A stretch of DNA of 30,386 bases from a virus. Taxonomy: Duplodnaviria > Caudoviricetes. The stretch covers positions 1 to 30,386 of IMG/VR virus record IMGVR_UViG_3300037419_000146; one strand, 5' to 3'. The notes under the pieces were generated by a model that saw nothing but the letters and a program-made list of their open reading frames with translations, had not been told where the DNA came from and ran no database searches. The translations under genes and the position numbers were made by a program. Position 1 is the stretch's first letter. The number at the start of each line of letters is the position of its first letter. Shown in pieces: positions 16,390 through 25,380 of this stretch.

Positions 16390-19300
16390 CAAGAATTCTC
16401 GTAAAGGACCTAGAGCCAGGTCGTACCCACTACATTCAGGCCCGTGTCAAGGACGGAGCGGATGTTTCTCCGTGGTCGAGCCTACATGACTTTACCACCA
16501 TTAGCGATACCCTCGCTCCAGCCCCGTGTACTGGACTAACCTGGACTGTTGAGGGTACCGCTTTTAAGGCTGTCTGGTCGGGACCGACCACGAACTCCGA
16601 TGGCACTCCGCTGATGGACTTCAAGGATTTCCAGGTCAAGGTCTATTCCCCAGCGGCCCCAAGCACAGTAGCTACATATTACACGACCGCCGCCCGATTT
16701 GATTTCCCCTTCGAGGCGAATATCAACTCATTCGGCACTCCTCGTGCTCAGGTTACCGTCGAAGTCAGCGCCCGCGACAATACCGGTAACCTTTCTGCGG
16801 TGGTTACTGCCACTGCTACTAACCCAGCTCCAGCCAACGTTACTGGGCTAACCGCTGTCGGAATTTCTGACGCGGTGGCTTTGCGTTGGGCTCCTATTGC
16901 TGATACCGACCTCAAGCACTACGAGGTGCGTCAGGGAACAGCGCTGGGCTCTGAGAATAACCTAGTCTACACCGGTCGCGGAACCTCGTTTGTATTCGAC
17001 ACAACCGCAACAGTACCACAGTATTTTGCGGTTGTTGCGGTGGACGTATTCGGTACTCCTTCTGTCACTCCAGCGAAGGCCAATGCTACCGCAAGGTCTA
17101 CCCTTTCGGTTGATGTTACGCCTCCGTCTGCACCCACGAATGTTCAGGTTACCACGTCTTTGCACAGCACAGACCCAACTCAGAGTTCCGCTTTTATCGA
17201 TGTAACCTGGACCGGCGTTGCTGACACCGACTTGCAGAACTACCTAATTCGTTATGCCTCTAGCTCTACTACCACCACCTTCCAGTATATTGAGGTTCCC
17301 GAGGGCACCACCGAAGCGCGTATTCACAACCTCAAGACAAACACAGACTTTTACATCAAGGTGTGCGCGGTTGACTATGCTGGAAATCAGAGTGCCTGGA
17401 CCCAGGCTGCCACCTACCCAATTACTACTGCTAAGGACACAGTTGCCCCGGCTGCACCTACAGGCGTCACGGTCGCGGCGGGTGTTACAACAGCTACCAT
17501 CGTCTGGAACGAAAATACCGAGGGCGATGTAAAGGGTGGACAGGGCTACTACGAGGTCCAGATTGATACGGCGAATACATTTAACACAGGCGCTCTCCAG
17601 ACCAAGCAGGTCAGTGGTACCGTCGTATCGTTCTCCAATCTGACCTCGAACACGACCTACTACACGCGCGTGCGCGCGGTCGATGGTGCCGGAAACGCAG
17701 GAGCTTACTCCAGCATTGTTTCGGGTACGCCTCGCTTTGTAGCCAACGCCGATATTCAGGCCGGGTCTATTTCTGGTGACAGGGTTACCGCTGCAACACT
17801 TGCTGGTGACCGTGTTATCGCTAACACCCTTGATGCGGCTTCGCTAAAGGCCAATACAGCATTCGTTAACGACCTGCTTATCCAGTCGAAGTTCACCATG
17901 AATTCGACTGGTACTATGCAGTCTTCTAATTATGTGGCGGGTACTGCTGGATGGAAGCTTTCCAATAACACCCTCGAAATCGTAGACGGTGTAATCCTGG
18001 CCAAGGCGTTGAAGCTCCAGAACGGCACCAACCTGATGCACCCAGCGTATGCGGACTTCGAGTGGAACCCAACATGGTACACAGGTAAGTTTGCCACCTG
18101 GAGCGATGGTGGAACAGCAACCCCAGCCGTTGCCACGGCACCAGAGGTTACCGCCCGATTCAACACCTCGTGCCTCAAGGTTTCCTGGAATGGCGTGGGC
18201 ACTTACGGCCGGGTTTACCTTGCGCCAACCTCAACCGGATATAACATTCCCCTTGATGCCAACACAACCTACATTATCTCTGTGTACCTCATGGCACCAG
18301 TGGGCGCAAGCAAGAGTGCGAATCTTCACGTACAGACGAATGACGGAAACTTCTCCTCTGCAATCGGTGGTCTCCAGACCGTCCCAGGTGACGGAGTGTG
18401 GCGTAGGTACTTTGCTTCATGGAGCCCTGGTGCTAACACGTCCGGACTAGTTTTTGTTCAGTTGCAGACCGCTGGCGACCTTTATGTTGATGGTATTCAG
18501 ATTGAGCTAAAGCAGACTGCTGAAACCAACCCGTCCCCATGGAAGCCACCGAGTCTTACCAACATTGATGGCGGTATTATCAAGACGGGTTCTATCCAGT
18601 CTACCGCCACGGCCAATGATCTTTCTGGTCAGCCAGCATGGTCAATTAACATGCAGGGCAATGCCCAGTTCGGTGACGCCAATGTCCGAGGACGCCTTGT
18701 GGTCGGTGACCCAAACAACCCGTCTGCCGATGGTGTAAATAGCCGCATCCACTCGTCCAACTATGTACCGGGTACGACTGGATGGATTATCCGTTCGGAC
18801 GGCTATGCCGAATTCCGTAACCTTGCCGTTAACTCGGTAAAGGTAACCGCCTTTGACTCGCCATTCCAGAACTCGGCTTATGCAAAGCTGTACGACTACA
18901 TGCAGGATGGTGCGCTTTGGCTTACCAACGGTGCGGTAGTTCAGAAGACCGACCCCGGAGCTTTCTCCGCTAACTCCCTGTTCGAGTTTACTGGTCCCGG
19001 TCTGATTATCCGTAACGGTACTGGTGTTCAGCCTATCGCGTTTGACCCAACAATTCTCTACCGTGTATCTGCGCGTGTTCGAGCTTACTCTGTTACTCCG
19101 CTAAATACCAACGGTGATTTCGAGGCGGCTACTCTTACTAACTGGAGCACCGACACCACCGGCTCAACCACAACGCTTTCTCTAAGCACTGTGGAAAAGT
19201 ACGCCGGTACCAAGTCTCTCCAGATTGCTTCGTCTTCTGCGACGAATGGTGTCTATCGCGCATGGACTGGCCTTGACAATCTAAAGGCTGGATACACCTA

Positions 19301-22300
19301 CACCCTGAGCGCTCGTATCAAGGCGAATATCCAGGCAGCCTACTACAATGCAGCAAACCAGGGAAATATTGAGCTTCGCGTCACCTACTTTAGCGGTGCC
19401 GGACAGAGCGGATTCATTTCTGAGGAACTATACCTCATTGCGCCACCCGTAGACGCCAGCGGTAACATGCTGACTGCGCCAACTGGGTGGTTCCCAATAA
19501 ACGCCACCTTTACGCCCCCGGCTGGCGCAGTCAGTGCCAACTTCATTATCCGACTGGCTCGCTACGACAATGTGGCAGCGGGTACGACCATTGGTTGGGT
19601 TGACGATGTTCAGATTACCACACCCCCACGCATTAAGCTTGGTGTATTCGGAACCGACATTGACAGCAACATAATTGACTATGATTACGTCAATGATGCG
19701 ACCACGCCTACCAAGAAGCACACATTCCCATCGCCGGGTTCGTATGGAACTCTTTCCACATTCACCGCTAGCCAGTATATGTGTGTTGCCAACAATGACG
19801 AAATCGCGACGGCTGTTGCTTCGTCTGACACTACTGCCGACTGGGTAACCCTTACCGGATATATCCGTGGTCGTGGTGGCTCTGGTACCGATGGTTCATT
19901 CGGTAATCCGGCAAAGGCACCAGACCCTTACCAGCCAGCTTCGCTAAACGCCAAGGTGTCCTACCTTATTCCTTACGTCGAATTTGACGTTGCTGGTGGC
20001 ACCAAGGCCCAGCTCGACCAGTTCTCCATTGAGGCGTTCGAGGGTGGTGCTCCTGGAAAGGTAGCAACCGGAACAAATGCAACCGAGAAGTCGGTAACCA
20101 TTGAAAAGAAGGACGGCGAGACTTTTGACCACGCCATTCGATTCTTCACCGGTCACTCCGACGAACGCAGGCCAGCCCTTCTTGGTCACAGCATCGACAA
20201 CGAAATGAATGACGCGGGCCACATTAGGATTATGGCCCCTCGTCTGGTGTCTGATGCGGACGACCTCTCCAGCGCATTTATCGGACTTTGGGAGCGCAAT
20301 CCGAACTACATCTACAATGCCACATTTGAGAATGGCATTACTGGATGGTCGGGAATGGCAAATACCGCTCTTTCCTGGAATGAGCTGGACGGTTATTCCG
20401 ACACCAACTCGCTCACCATTACTGCCACGGGCACTATTTCATCCCCTTCTACCACGGAACTTCTTGGCAAGTATAACGTATCGACGCTTGTCAACCAGGA
20501 GCTTATTGGCCAGACGGTTACGGTTTCCGGCAAGGCCAAGATGGGAACGGCCACAGGACGAAACGTAAGGCTTGTTGTTAAGTTCATGGACGAGGCTGGG
20601 GCGATGATTTCCGGCTGGTACATTGAAAAGGCTATTACCAATACGGCATGGACCTCGTACTCTTTCTACACGCCAGCGGTAATCCCGGACACCTGCTACT
20701 CTGTCGAATTCAGTTTCTCATGGTTCAATGGTGCGACTGGCGACATTGTTTATGTCGATGACGTTCAGCTAGAGGCGGGTGGCTTCACTGCCTTCCGCTC
20801 GGCGCAGGCTTCCCAGATTGCTCTAAATGCTGAGGCTGTTCGTACTCCTCGCGGTCTGATTGTATCTGACTCTGAACTGGACCTCCCAGATAGTGTCTGG
20901 GGTGCAACCGTAAATGGAAAGCGGGATGTTCCAATGTATCCAACGGTTGTTCTCCAGAGTGAGGGTGGAACTGGTGCATTCAGGTTCGTTAACTACACCG
21001 ACTCTAGCGGTAACCGTGCGTCTGCGCAGGTTACGGTATTCTCACCTTCCGGTGTAGAAGAGGCGTCTGTTCGTGCCCATGCACTAAACGATGCCTCATT
21101 CCCTGGTCGCGTTGTTATTACAAATGCCACCGGTCAATTTGCCCTATCCACCTACCCAAATGACGGCGAGGACATGACCACCGGAAAGAACGTCCGCGTC
21201 TTTGGACACCTGGACGTTTCTGGTGACCCACCATGGGTAGCTCCGACGCTTTCCAACGCCACCCAGTATGCTTCTGCCTATACGGTAGCGTACTACAAGA
21301 ACAACGGTAATGTTTATCTGCGTGGTTGTGTTCAGAATTACACCAAAGCGGTAACGCTATTCACCTTGCCAACTGGTTACCGTCCAGCACAAACCGTATA
21401 TCTCAATGCAGTTCAGTGGACCAGCGCATTGTCCCTTGGCCAGGCCCTGGTACAGATTAACACCAATGGTACGGTACAGGTGTCGTCCAGCGCAAGCACG
21501 CTGTCCCAGTTGTCCTTCGACGGGCTTTGGTTCTCAACTTCTCCAGAAATTACCGCGCCATCCACTGGAACTGACACCACGGCTCCAGCAGCTCCATCCG
21601 GATTCAAGATTGCCGCGCTGTCGTCTGGTGCGTCCACCGGTAGCTACCGGCTATCCTGGACCAACCCGGTAGCTACCGACCTGGCGGGTGTCAAGATTAT
21701 CTGGCGTTCTGACCGTTACCCAACGGTTACGGTGGCAACTTCTGGTACCAAGACGCTGACCACAGATGGCTCGATTATCACCATTACTGGTGCATCTGGT
21801 GCTGCGAAGACCTACGACCACTCTGGTTTGCCAGTTAACAAGACCATTTACTACCGCGTAGTGGCTTACGATAAGTCTGGTAACCACTCGGGTTACGTTA
21901 GCACCTCTCGTTACCTTCTTGCAAGTCCGGTTACGGTCTACGCCGACAGCTCAGACTCGTACCGTCTCGGTTATGGCGGCATGTGGCGTAACGATGGTGA
22001 CGACGTTTACCAGGGTGACTGGACCGGAAACGACAACCATCGTGGTCTGTTCTTCTACGGAACCAAAATTTACGATGCCGTCAACAAGGGTGGAGTTGTA
22101 CGTACTCCAACCAAGATGACAGTTTACATGAAGCGTACCGGTTCTGGTGGTAACTACACTGGTGTGGGAATTAACCTGCGCGGGCACCTTTACCAGACAA
22201 AGCCAGCAGGTGACCCGATTGGAGGTATGACCAACGAGGGTTCTGATGGTGACGACATTGTTTACTTGAGCCCGAATGAAGGCGCAACCATTACGATTCC

Positions 22301-22454
22301 GGCGTCATGGTATAATAACTTTGTGGACTCCACGGCCGCTAACCGAATCGAAGGTATTGGTGTCTACGGTAGCACAACCTCGGACTACGCCATCATGTAT
22401 GGACGAAGCAACAGTTCCTCTAACGGCAAGGTCACGATTTATCACAAGGGTTGA
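16386..22454 (+). CDS. Large tail fibre/receptor-binding protein with multiple FN3 and carbohydrate-binding-like domains
   Basis: 2022 aa; repeated DT.AP.AP.G...W and L..NT.YY.RV.AVD.AGN FN3 motifs; NGDFE..W and NATFENG..W CBM-like starts with VDDVQ ends; YYKNNGNVYLRG...LFTLPTGYRP head-like domain. Confidence 0.85.
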   Translation: MTRILVKDLEPGRTHYIQARVKDGADVSPWSSLHDFTTISDTLAPAPCTGLTWTVEGTAFKAVWSGPTTNSDGTPLMDFKDFQVKVYSPAAPSTVATYYTTAARFDFPFEANINSFGTPRAQVTVEVSARDNTGNLSAVVTATATNPAPANVTGLTAVGISDAVALRWAPIADTDLKHYEVRQGTALGSENNLVYTGRGTSFVFDTTATVPQYFAVVAVDVFGTPSVTPAKANATARSTLSVDVTPPSAPTNVQVTTSLHSTDPTQSSAFIDVTWTGVADTDLQNYLIRYASSSTTTTFQYIEVPEGTTEARIHNLKTNTDFYIKVCAVDYAGNQSAWTQAATYPITTAKDTVAPAAPTGVTVAAGVTTATIVWNENTEGDVKGGQGYYEVQIDTANTFNTGALQTKQVSGTVVSFSNLTSNTTYYTRVRAVDGAGNAGAYSSIVSGTPRFVANADIQAGSISGDRVTAATLAGDRVIANTLDAASLKANTAFVNDLLIQSKFTMNSTGTMQSSNYVAGTAGWKLSNNTLEIVDGVILAKALKLQNGTNLMHPAYADFEWNPTWYTGKFATWSDGGTATPAVATAPEVTARFNTSCLKVSWNGVGTYGRVYLAPTSTGYNIPLDANTTYIISVYLMAPVGASKSANLHVQTNDGNFSSAIGGLQTVPGDGVWRRYFASWSPGANTSGLVFVQLQTAGDLYVDGIQIELKQTAETNPSPWKPPSLTNIDGGIIKTGSIQSTATANDLSGQPAWSINMQGNAQFGDANVRGRLVVGDPNNPSADGVNSRIHSSNYVPGTTGWIIRSDGYAEFRNLAVNSVKVTAFDSPFQNSAYAKLYDYMQDGALWLTNGAVVQKTDPGAFSANSLFEFTGPGLIIRNGTGVQPIAFDPTILYRVSARVRAYSVTPLNTNGDFEAATLTNWSTDTTGSTTTLSLSTVEKYAGTKSLQIASSSATNGVYRAWTGLDNLKAGYTYTLSARIKANIQAAYYNAANQGNIELRVTYFSGAGQSGFISEELYLIAPPVDASGNMLTAPTGWFPINATFTPPAGAVSANFIIRLARYDNVAAGTTIGWVDDVQITTPPRIKLGVFGTDIDSNIIDYDYVNDATTPTKKHTFPSPGSYGTLSTFTASQYMCVANNDEIATAVASSDTTADWVTLTGYIRGRGGSGTDGSFGNPAKAPDPYQPASLNAKVSYLIPYVEFDVAGGTKAQLDQFSIEAFEGGAPGKVATGTNATEKSVTIEKKDGETFDHAIRFFTGHSDERRPALLGHSIDNEMNDAGHIRIMAPRLVSDADDLSSAFIGLWERNPNYIYNATFENGITGWSGMANTALSWNELDGYSDTNSLTITATGTISSPSTTELLGKYNVSTLVNQELIGQTVTVSGKAKMGTATGRNVRLVVKFMDEAGAMISGWYIEKAITNTAWTSYSFYTPAVIPDTCYSVEFSFSWFNGATGDIVYVDDVQLEAGGFTAFRSAQASQIALNAEAVRTPRGLIVSDSELDLPDSVWGATVNGKRDVPMYPTVVLQSEGGTGAFRFVNYTDSSGNRASAQVTVFSPSGVEEASVRAHALNDASFPGRVVITNATGQFALSTYPNDGEDMTTGKNVRVFGHLDVSGDPPWVAPTLSNATQYASAYTVAYYKNNGNVYLRGCVQNYTKAVTLFTLPTGYRPAQTVYLNAVQWTSALSLGQALVQINTNGTVQVSSSASTLSQLSFDGLWFSTSPEITAPSTGTDTTAPAAPSGFKIAALSSGASTGSYRLSWTNPVATDLAGVKIIWRSDRYPTVTVATSGTKTLTTDGSIITITGASGAAKTYDHSGLPVNKTIYYRVVAYDKSGNHSGYVSTSRYLLASPVTVYADSSDSYRLGYGGMWRNDGDDVYQGDWTGNDNHRGLFFYGTKIYDAVNKGGVVRTPTKMTVYMKRTGSGGNYTGVGINLRGHLYQTKPAGDPIGGMTNEGSDGDDIVYLSPNEGATITIPASWYNNFVDSTAANRIEGIGVYGSTTSDYAIMYGRSNSSSNGKVTIYHKG

Positions 22455-22480
22455 CAGACGCCTTTGCGTCTGCATATAAT
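22451..22480 (+). promoter_or_regulatory. Consensus promoter with palindromic spacer
   Basis: TTGACA (22451-22456), 18 nt, TATAAT (22475-22480); inverted repeat CAGACGC-CTTT-GCGTCTG at 22455-22472. Confidence 0.8.
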
Positions 22481-22510
22481 GTTCTTAGAAGAGAAAAGGT
22501 TGAATAAATA

Positions 22511-22711
22511 ATGACTGATAATACTACCAAACTCGAATATAAGATTCAGAGTCTTAAGGAGAGGTTCGCTCGCAAGGTTGCGGATTACGAGGATGAAATC
22601 GCGGATATCCGTGCCGATGCAACCATCATGTTCGAGCAGTTGAACAAGCAGGTTCAGGACTTGCAGAAGGAGCTGAACAGCCAGAATGTTCAGGACGCTT
22701 CGTCGGAGTAA
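22511..22711 (+). CDS. Small coiled-coil hypothetical protein
   Basis: 66 aa, heptad-like pattern, RBS AAAGGT, downstream of a promoter. Confidence 0.7.
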   Translation: MTDNTTKLEYKIQSLKERFARKVADYEDEIADIRADATIMFEQLNKQVQDLQKELNSQNVQDASSE

Positions 22712-23105
22712 GCGAGAGGTTGCTGCCAACCCCGCCATTCCAACGACTCCCACGAATTACCCATACGGCCTTTGCATTCAAACAGAGGCCGGGTATTTCT
22801 TGATGAGGGAAAAGTTCCGCTTCCGCATTCCAACAGAGCGAGTCCTGGAGTCATGGCGCTTCGACGTTATTCAGTCATCGGAAGCCGCTGTGAGGCATAT
22901 CAAGGTGGGCGGTAAGGTTGGTTTTCGTGACGGTACCATCATCCACAACATGGCCGATGGTAAGCATTACCTAATCTCGCAGAACAAAAGGCGTCACATT
23001 GTTGACCCGGATGTTTGGGAGAGGTTCAGTCTCGACTGGGGTAATGTAATCCTCGTTTCAGAGGAAGAGGCAAATCTACATGTTGATGGGGAGGTGCTAA
23101 AGTAA
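22686..23105 (+). CDS. Hypothetical protein with two tandem ~55-aa repeats
   Basis: 139 aa; RBS AAGGAG upstream; duplicated G...Y.L....R..I....V...W...V...SE pattern. Confidence 0.7.
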   Translation: MFRTLRRSKREVAANPAIPTTPTNYPYGLCIQTEAGYFLMREKFRFRIPTERVLESWRFDVIQSSEAAVRHIKVGGKVGFRDGTIIHNMADGKHYLISQNKRRHIVDPDVWERFSLDWGNVILVSEEEANLHVDGEVLK

Positions 23106-23106
23106 A

Positions 23107-23550
23107 TTGGCAGTTTCAAGTTTTAAGGATGTCAATTGGTCGGATAACGAGTACCTTGCTACCGACAAGTTGAACACGATGTGCGCTAACAGCCGGTACC
23201 TGTTTGAGAGGGCTCCGAAGCTGTACTACAACTCGTATGGTGTCAAGAAAGACATGGGTGTTAGAATTGCGTGTGGAACGACTACAGTTCCGCCTAAGAA
23301 GGGGCAGCATTACTACGCGAAGACGGTTAACTTCGGTGCGTTTTTTACGGCCGGTTGTAAGCCAGTCGTGGTAACCTCTACCACGACTGGTGGTAACCGA
23401 CGAATGATTCTAACCCAATGGGGTATTCAGGGCGTTGGCTATGTTCCAGACCACCGTGGCTTTGTTGCGGCTCTTGCAACAGCTACGCTGGAGAAGTCAC
23501 ACTACTTGTCTAAGACAATGTATGTGAACTGGATTGCAATGGGATACTGA
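23107..23550 (+). CDS. Putative minor tail/fibre-associated protein
   Basis: 147 aa, TTG start with GGAGGTG RBS; W...E.L...KLN.M..N N-terminus and VNFGAFF...PVVV...VNWIAMGY (H-type-lectin/gp53-like C-terminus). Confidence 0.55.
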   Translation: MAVSSFKDVNWSDNEYLATDKLNTMCANSRYLFERAPKLYYNSYGVKKDMGVRIACGTTTVPPKKGQHYYAKTVNFGAFFTAGCKPVVVTSTTTGGNRRMILTQWGIQGVGYVPDHRGFVAALATATLEKSHYLSKTMYVNWIAMGY

Positions 23551-23822
23551 TGAGGTACTTCCCACTACAGAAGTGGAGCAGGCGAGAGACTCGCCTGAAC
23601 CCCAACGGGTACGTGCTGGTCTTTGCCCCAGAGCATCCGAAGAGTTTCAGTGGTGGTTGGTATTATGAGCACCGGCTGGTGGCCGAGAGAAAAATCGGGC
23701 GGGTGCTTAAATCCTGGGAGACCGTGCATCACATCTCAGGAGACAAGGCAGACAACAGATGGCTCAACCTGTTCATCTGTACACGCAGAGAGCATGACCG
23801 AGCCGAGCGATTGACCGTATAA
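23550..23822 (+). CDS. HNH endonuclease
   Basis: YEHRLVAE...ETVHHISGDKADNRWLNL....EH matches the phage HNH (HNH_3-like) signature; TGATG coupling. Confidence 0.85.
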   Translation: MRYFPLQKWSRRETRLNPNGYVLVFAPEHPKSFSGGWYYEHRLVAERKIGRVLKSWETVHHISGDKADNRWLNLFICTRREHDRAERLTV

Positions 23823-23839
23823 ACGTTCTACGGTATACT
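23811..23839 (+). promoter_or_regulatory. Promoter with palindromic spacer
   Basis: TTGACC (23811-23816), 17 nt, TATACT (23834-23839); inverted repeat ACCGTA (23814-23819)/TACGGT (23829-23834). Confidence 0.75.
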
Positions 23840-23848
23840 TGAGTGAGT

Positions 23849-24523
23849 ATGAAAAAGGCGCTTATCGCGATGGGGCTAGTGCCGATTATGGTGCTAGCCC
23901 TTTTCGTTTCTCCGAGCAAAGCTTACGCCCAAGATTGTGAATCTACCACGCTGGGCACTGTTTGTGTTTCGTTGGTAGGTCAGGATGTTGTGGTGACCCT
24001 TCTTGGGCAAGAGATTGCGAGGATTACCGCGCCGGTTCGAGAGGTCCGGGTTGAGGTTCCTGTTCCAGGCCCAACTGATATTGTCCATATTCCAGGGCCA
24101 ACAGTGAACATTCCGGTACCAGGACCAACTAAGACGGTAACGATTCCCGTTCCCGGCAGCACATCGACTGCCACAGCTACCGTAACTTTGCGCCCTTCTG
24201 GACAGAGGGACGTGGCTCGTGGTACGATTGAGCCATCAACCACTCCTTCGGCGGACGAAATTACGCCGGGTTCTAATCCAACGGCGACCGTAACTGTTAC
24301 ACCGTCCCCGAAGGCAGTGGTTGATGAACCTGATAAAATAAGAACCATCACTATTCCACAAGCCATCGGACTCTCCGTTGGCTTTTTGTTGCTGGGCCTA
24401 CTTCTAGGTCTTCTAGCGTTGTATAGCGCATACACTGTCGGGTATAAGAATTCGGAACAGTCAGAGGCCAAGAAGTGGAGGCAGTTCAGCGACGACCTAT
24501 TCGGTAAGAAGGGAAAGCATTGA
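23849..24523 (+). CDS. Secreted, C-terminally membrane-anchored Pro/Thr/Val-rich protein
   Basis: MKK + hydrophobic core + AYA signal peptide; PVPGPT repeats; transmembrane helix IGLSVGFLLLGLLLGLLALY; short basic tail. Start at ATG 23849 or GTG 23843. Confidence 0.75.
   Translation: MKKALIAMGLVPIMVLALFVSPSKAYAQDCESTTLGTVCVSLVGQDVVVTLLGQEIARITAPVREVRVEVPVPGPTDIVHIPGPTVNIPVPGPTKTVTIPVPGSTSTATATVTLRPSGQRDVARGTIEPSTTPSADEITPGSNPTATVTVTPSPKAVVDEPDKIRTITIPQAIGLSVGFLLLGLLLGLLALYSAYTVGYKNSEQSEAKKWRQFSDDLFGKKGKH
24056..24161 (+). repeat. Four degenerate (I/V)P(VP)G(P/S)T peptide repeats
   Basis: VPVPGPT, IPGPT, IPVPGPT, IPVPGST; codons differ between copies. Confidence 0.7.
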
Positions 24524-25344
24524 GCGACATGAAGTGGGCCTTTGTTGGAGACCTACAGATTCCATATCACGATAAGCGTGCAGTGGCACTCTTTTTCAAG
24601 GTGATGAAGTCCTGGAAGCCCAATGCCATCGATATTGTTGGTGACATTGACGACCAGTTGGAATACAGCAGTTTCTCCGATGGAACCACGGACGAGTTCT
24701 TTAGTCGCCTCAAGAAGAGTAAGCAGGAAGAGGGCGAGTCGGACGATGAGTTTCGCCGTAGGCTTTCTCCGCTTCCGTTCGTGAGGGAAAATGCTCTGGG
24801 TGCTCGTGAGTTCTACACCGAGCTGCGAACCAACCATGGGTCTGCCGACATTCATTCGAGTCTGGGAAACCACGACATTCGAATTTTTAAGTACATGGAC
24901 AAGAAGGCTCCGGACTATGTTGAGGAGCTGACGCCAAATATGCTGTGGGGTCTGGATGACCTCGGCATCACCTGGCGGCATTACGACCTCCCGCCGCTGG
25001 AGCGATTCGGCGGGATTTACGTTCACCACGGAGCGACGACAACAACTACAGGTCTTGCAGTAAAGGCAGACATAGAGAATTACAATATCTCTCTTGCTCG
25101 TGGCCATGACCACCGTGGTGGTATCGTCTATAAGTCTTATCCCATGACCAACACCACCCTGGTGGGTCTGGGTACCGGTCACCTCTGTGACCCGAGCGCT
25201 TATGGGCTGAGATACACTATCAATCCGTCCTGGGAGCTGGGCTTCGGAATCGGCCATGTGGTCGATGGGGTGGCCTCCCTCCAGTTCGTTCCTATTTCGC
25301 CAGACTACGTGTGTGTGGTTGATGGGCGGATTTTCAAGGGTTAG
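24520..25344 (+). CDS. Calcineurin-like metallophosphoesterase
   Basis: Motifs GDLQIPYHD, GDIDD, GNHD, HHG and GHDH in canonical order; start TTG 24520 or ATG 24529. Confidence 0.85.
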   Translation: MSDMKWAFVGDLQIPYHDKRAVALFFKVMKSWKPNAIDIVGDIDDQLEYSSFSDGTTDEFFSRLKKSKQEEGESDDEFRRRLSPLPFVRENALGAREFYTELRTNHGSADIHSSLGNHDIRIFKYMDKKAPDYVEELTPNMLWGLDDLGITWRHYDLPPLERFGGIYVHHGATTTTTGLAVKADIENYNISLARGHDHRGGIVYKSYPMTNTTLVGLGTGHLCDPSAYGLRYTINPSWELGFGIGHVVDGVASLQFVPISPDYVCVVDGRIFKG

Positions 25345-25347
25345 CCC

Positions 25348-25380
25348 TTGACTAACTACTCTGCTATAATTAGAGTAGTT
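25348..25380 (+). promoter_or_regulatory. Promoter for holin/downstream operon overlapped by a 9-bp inverted repeat
   Basis: TTGACT (25348-25353), 17 nt, TAGAGT (25371-25376); AACTACTCT (25354-25362)/AGAGTAGTT (25372-25380) flank a loop containing TATAAT. Confidence 0.65.

Noticed and set aside
16386-22454. Diversity-generating retroelement or invertible cassette acting on the fibre
   Set aside because: No reverse transcriptase, invertase or near-identical template/variable repeat pair seen in the window; cannot be excluded elsewhere in the genome.
23550-23822. HNH as part of a group I intron
   Set aside because: Flanking genes look complete and abut the HNH directly, leaving no room for intron core structure.
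24553-25257. 234-aa minus-strand ORF
   Set aside because: Antisense shadow of the phosphoesterase.
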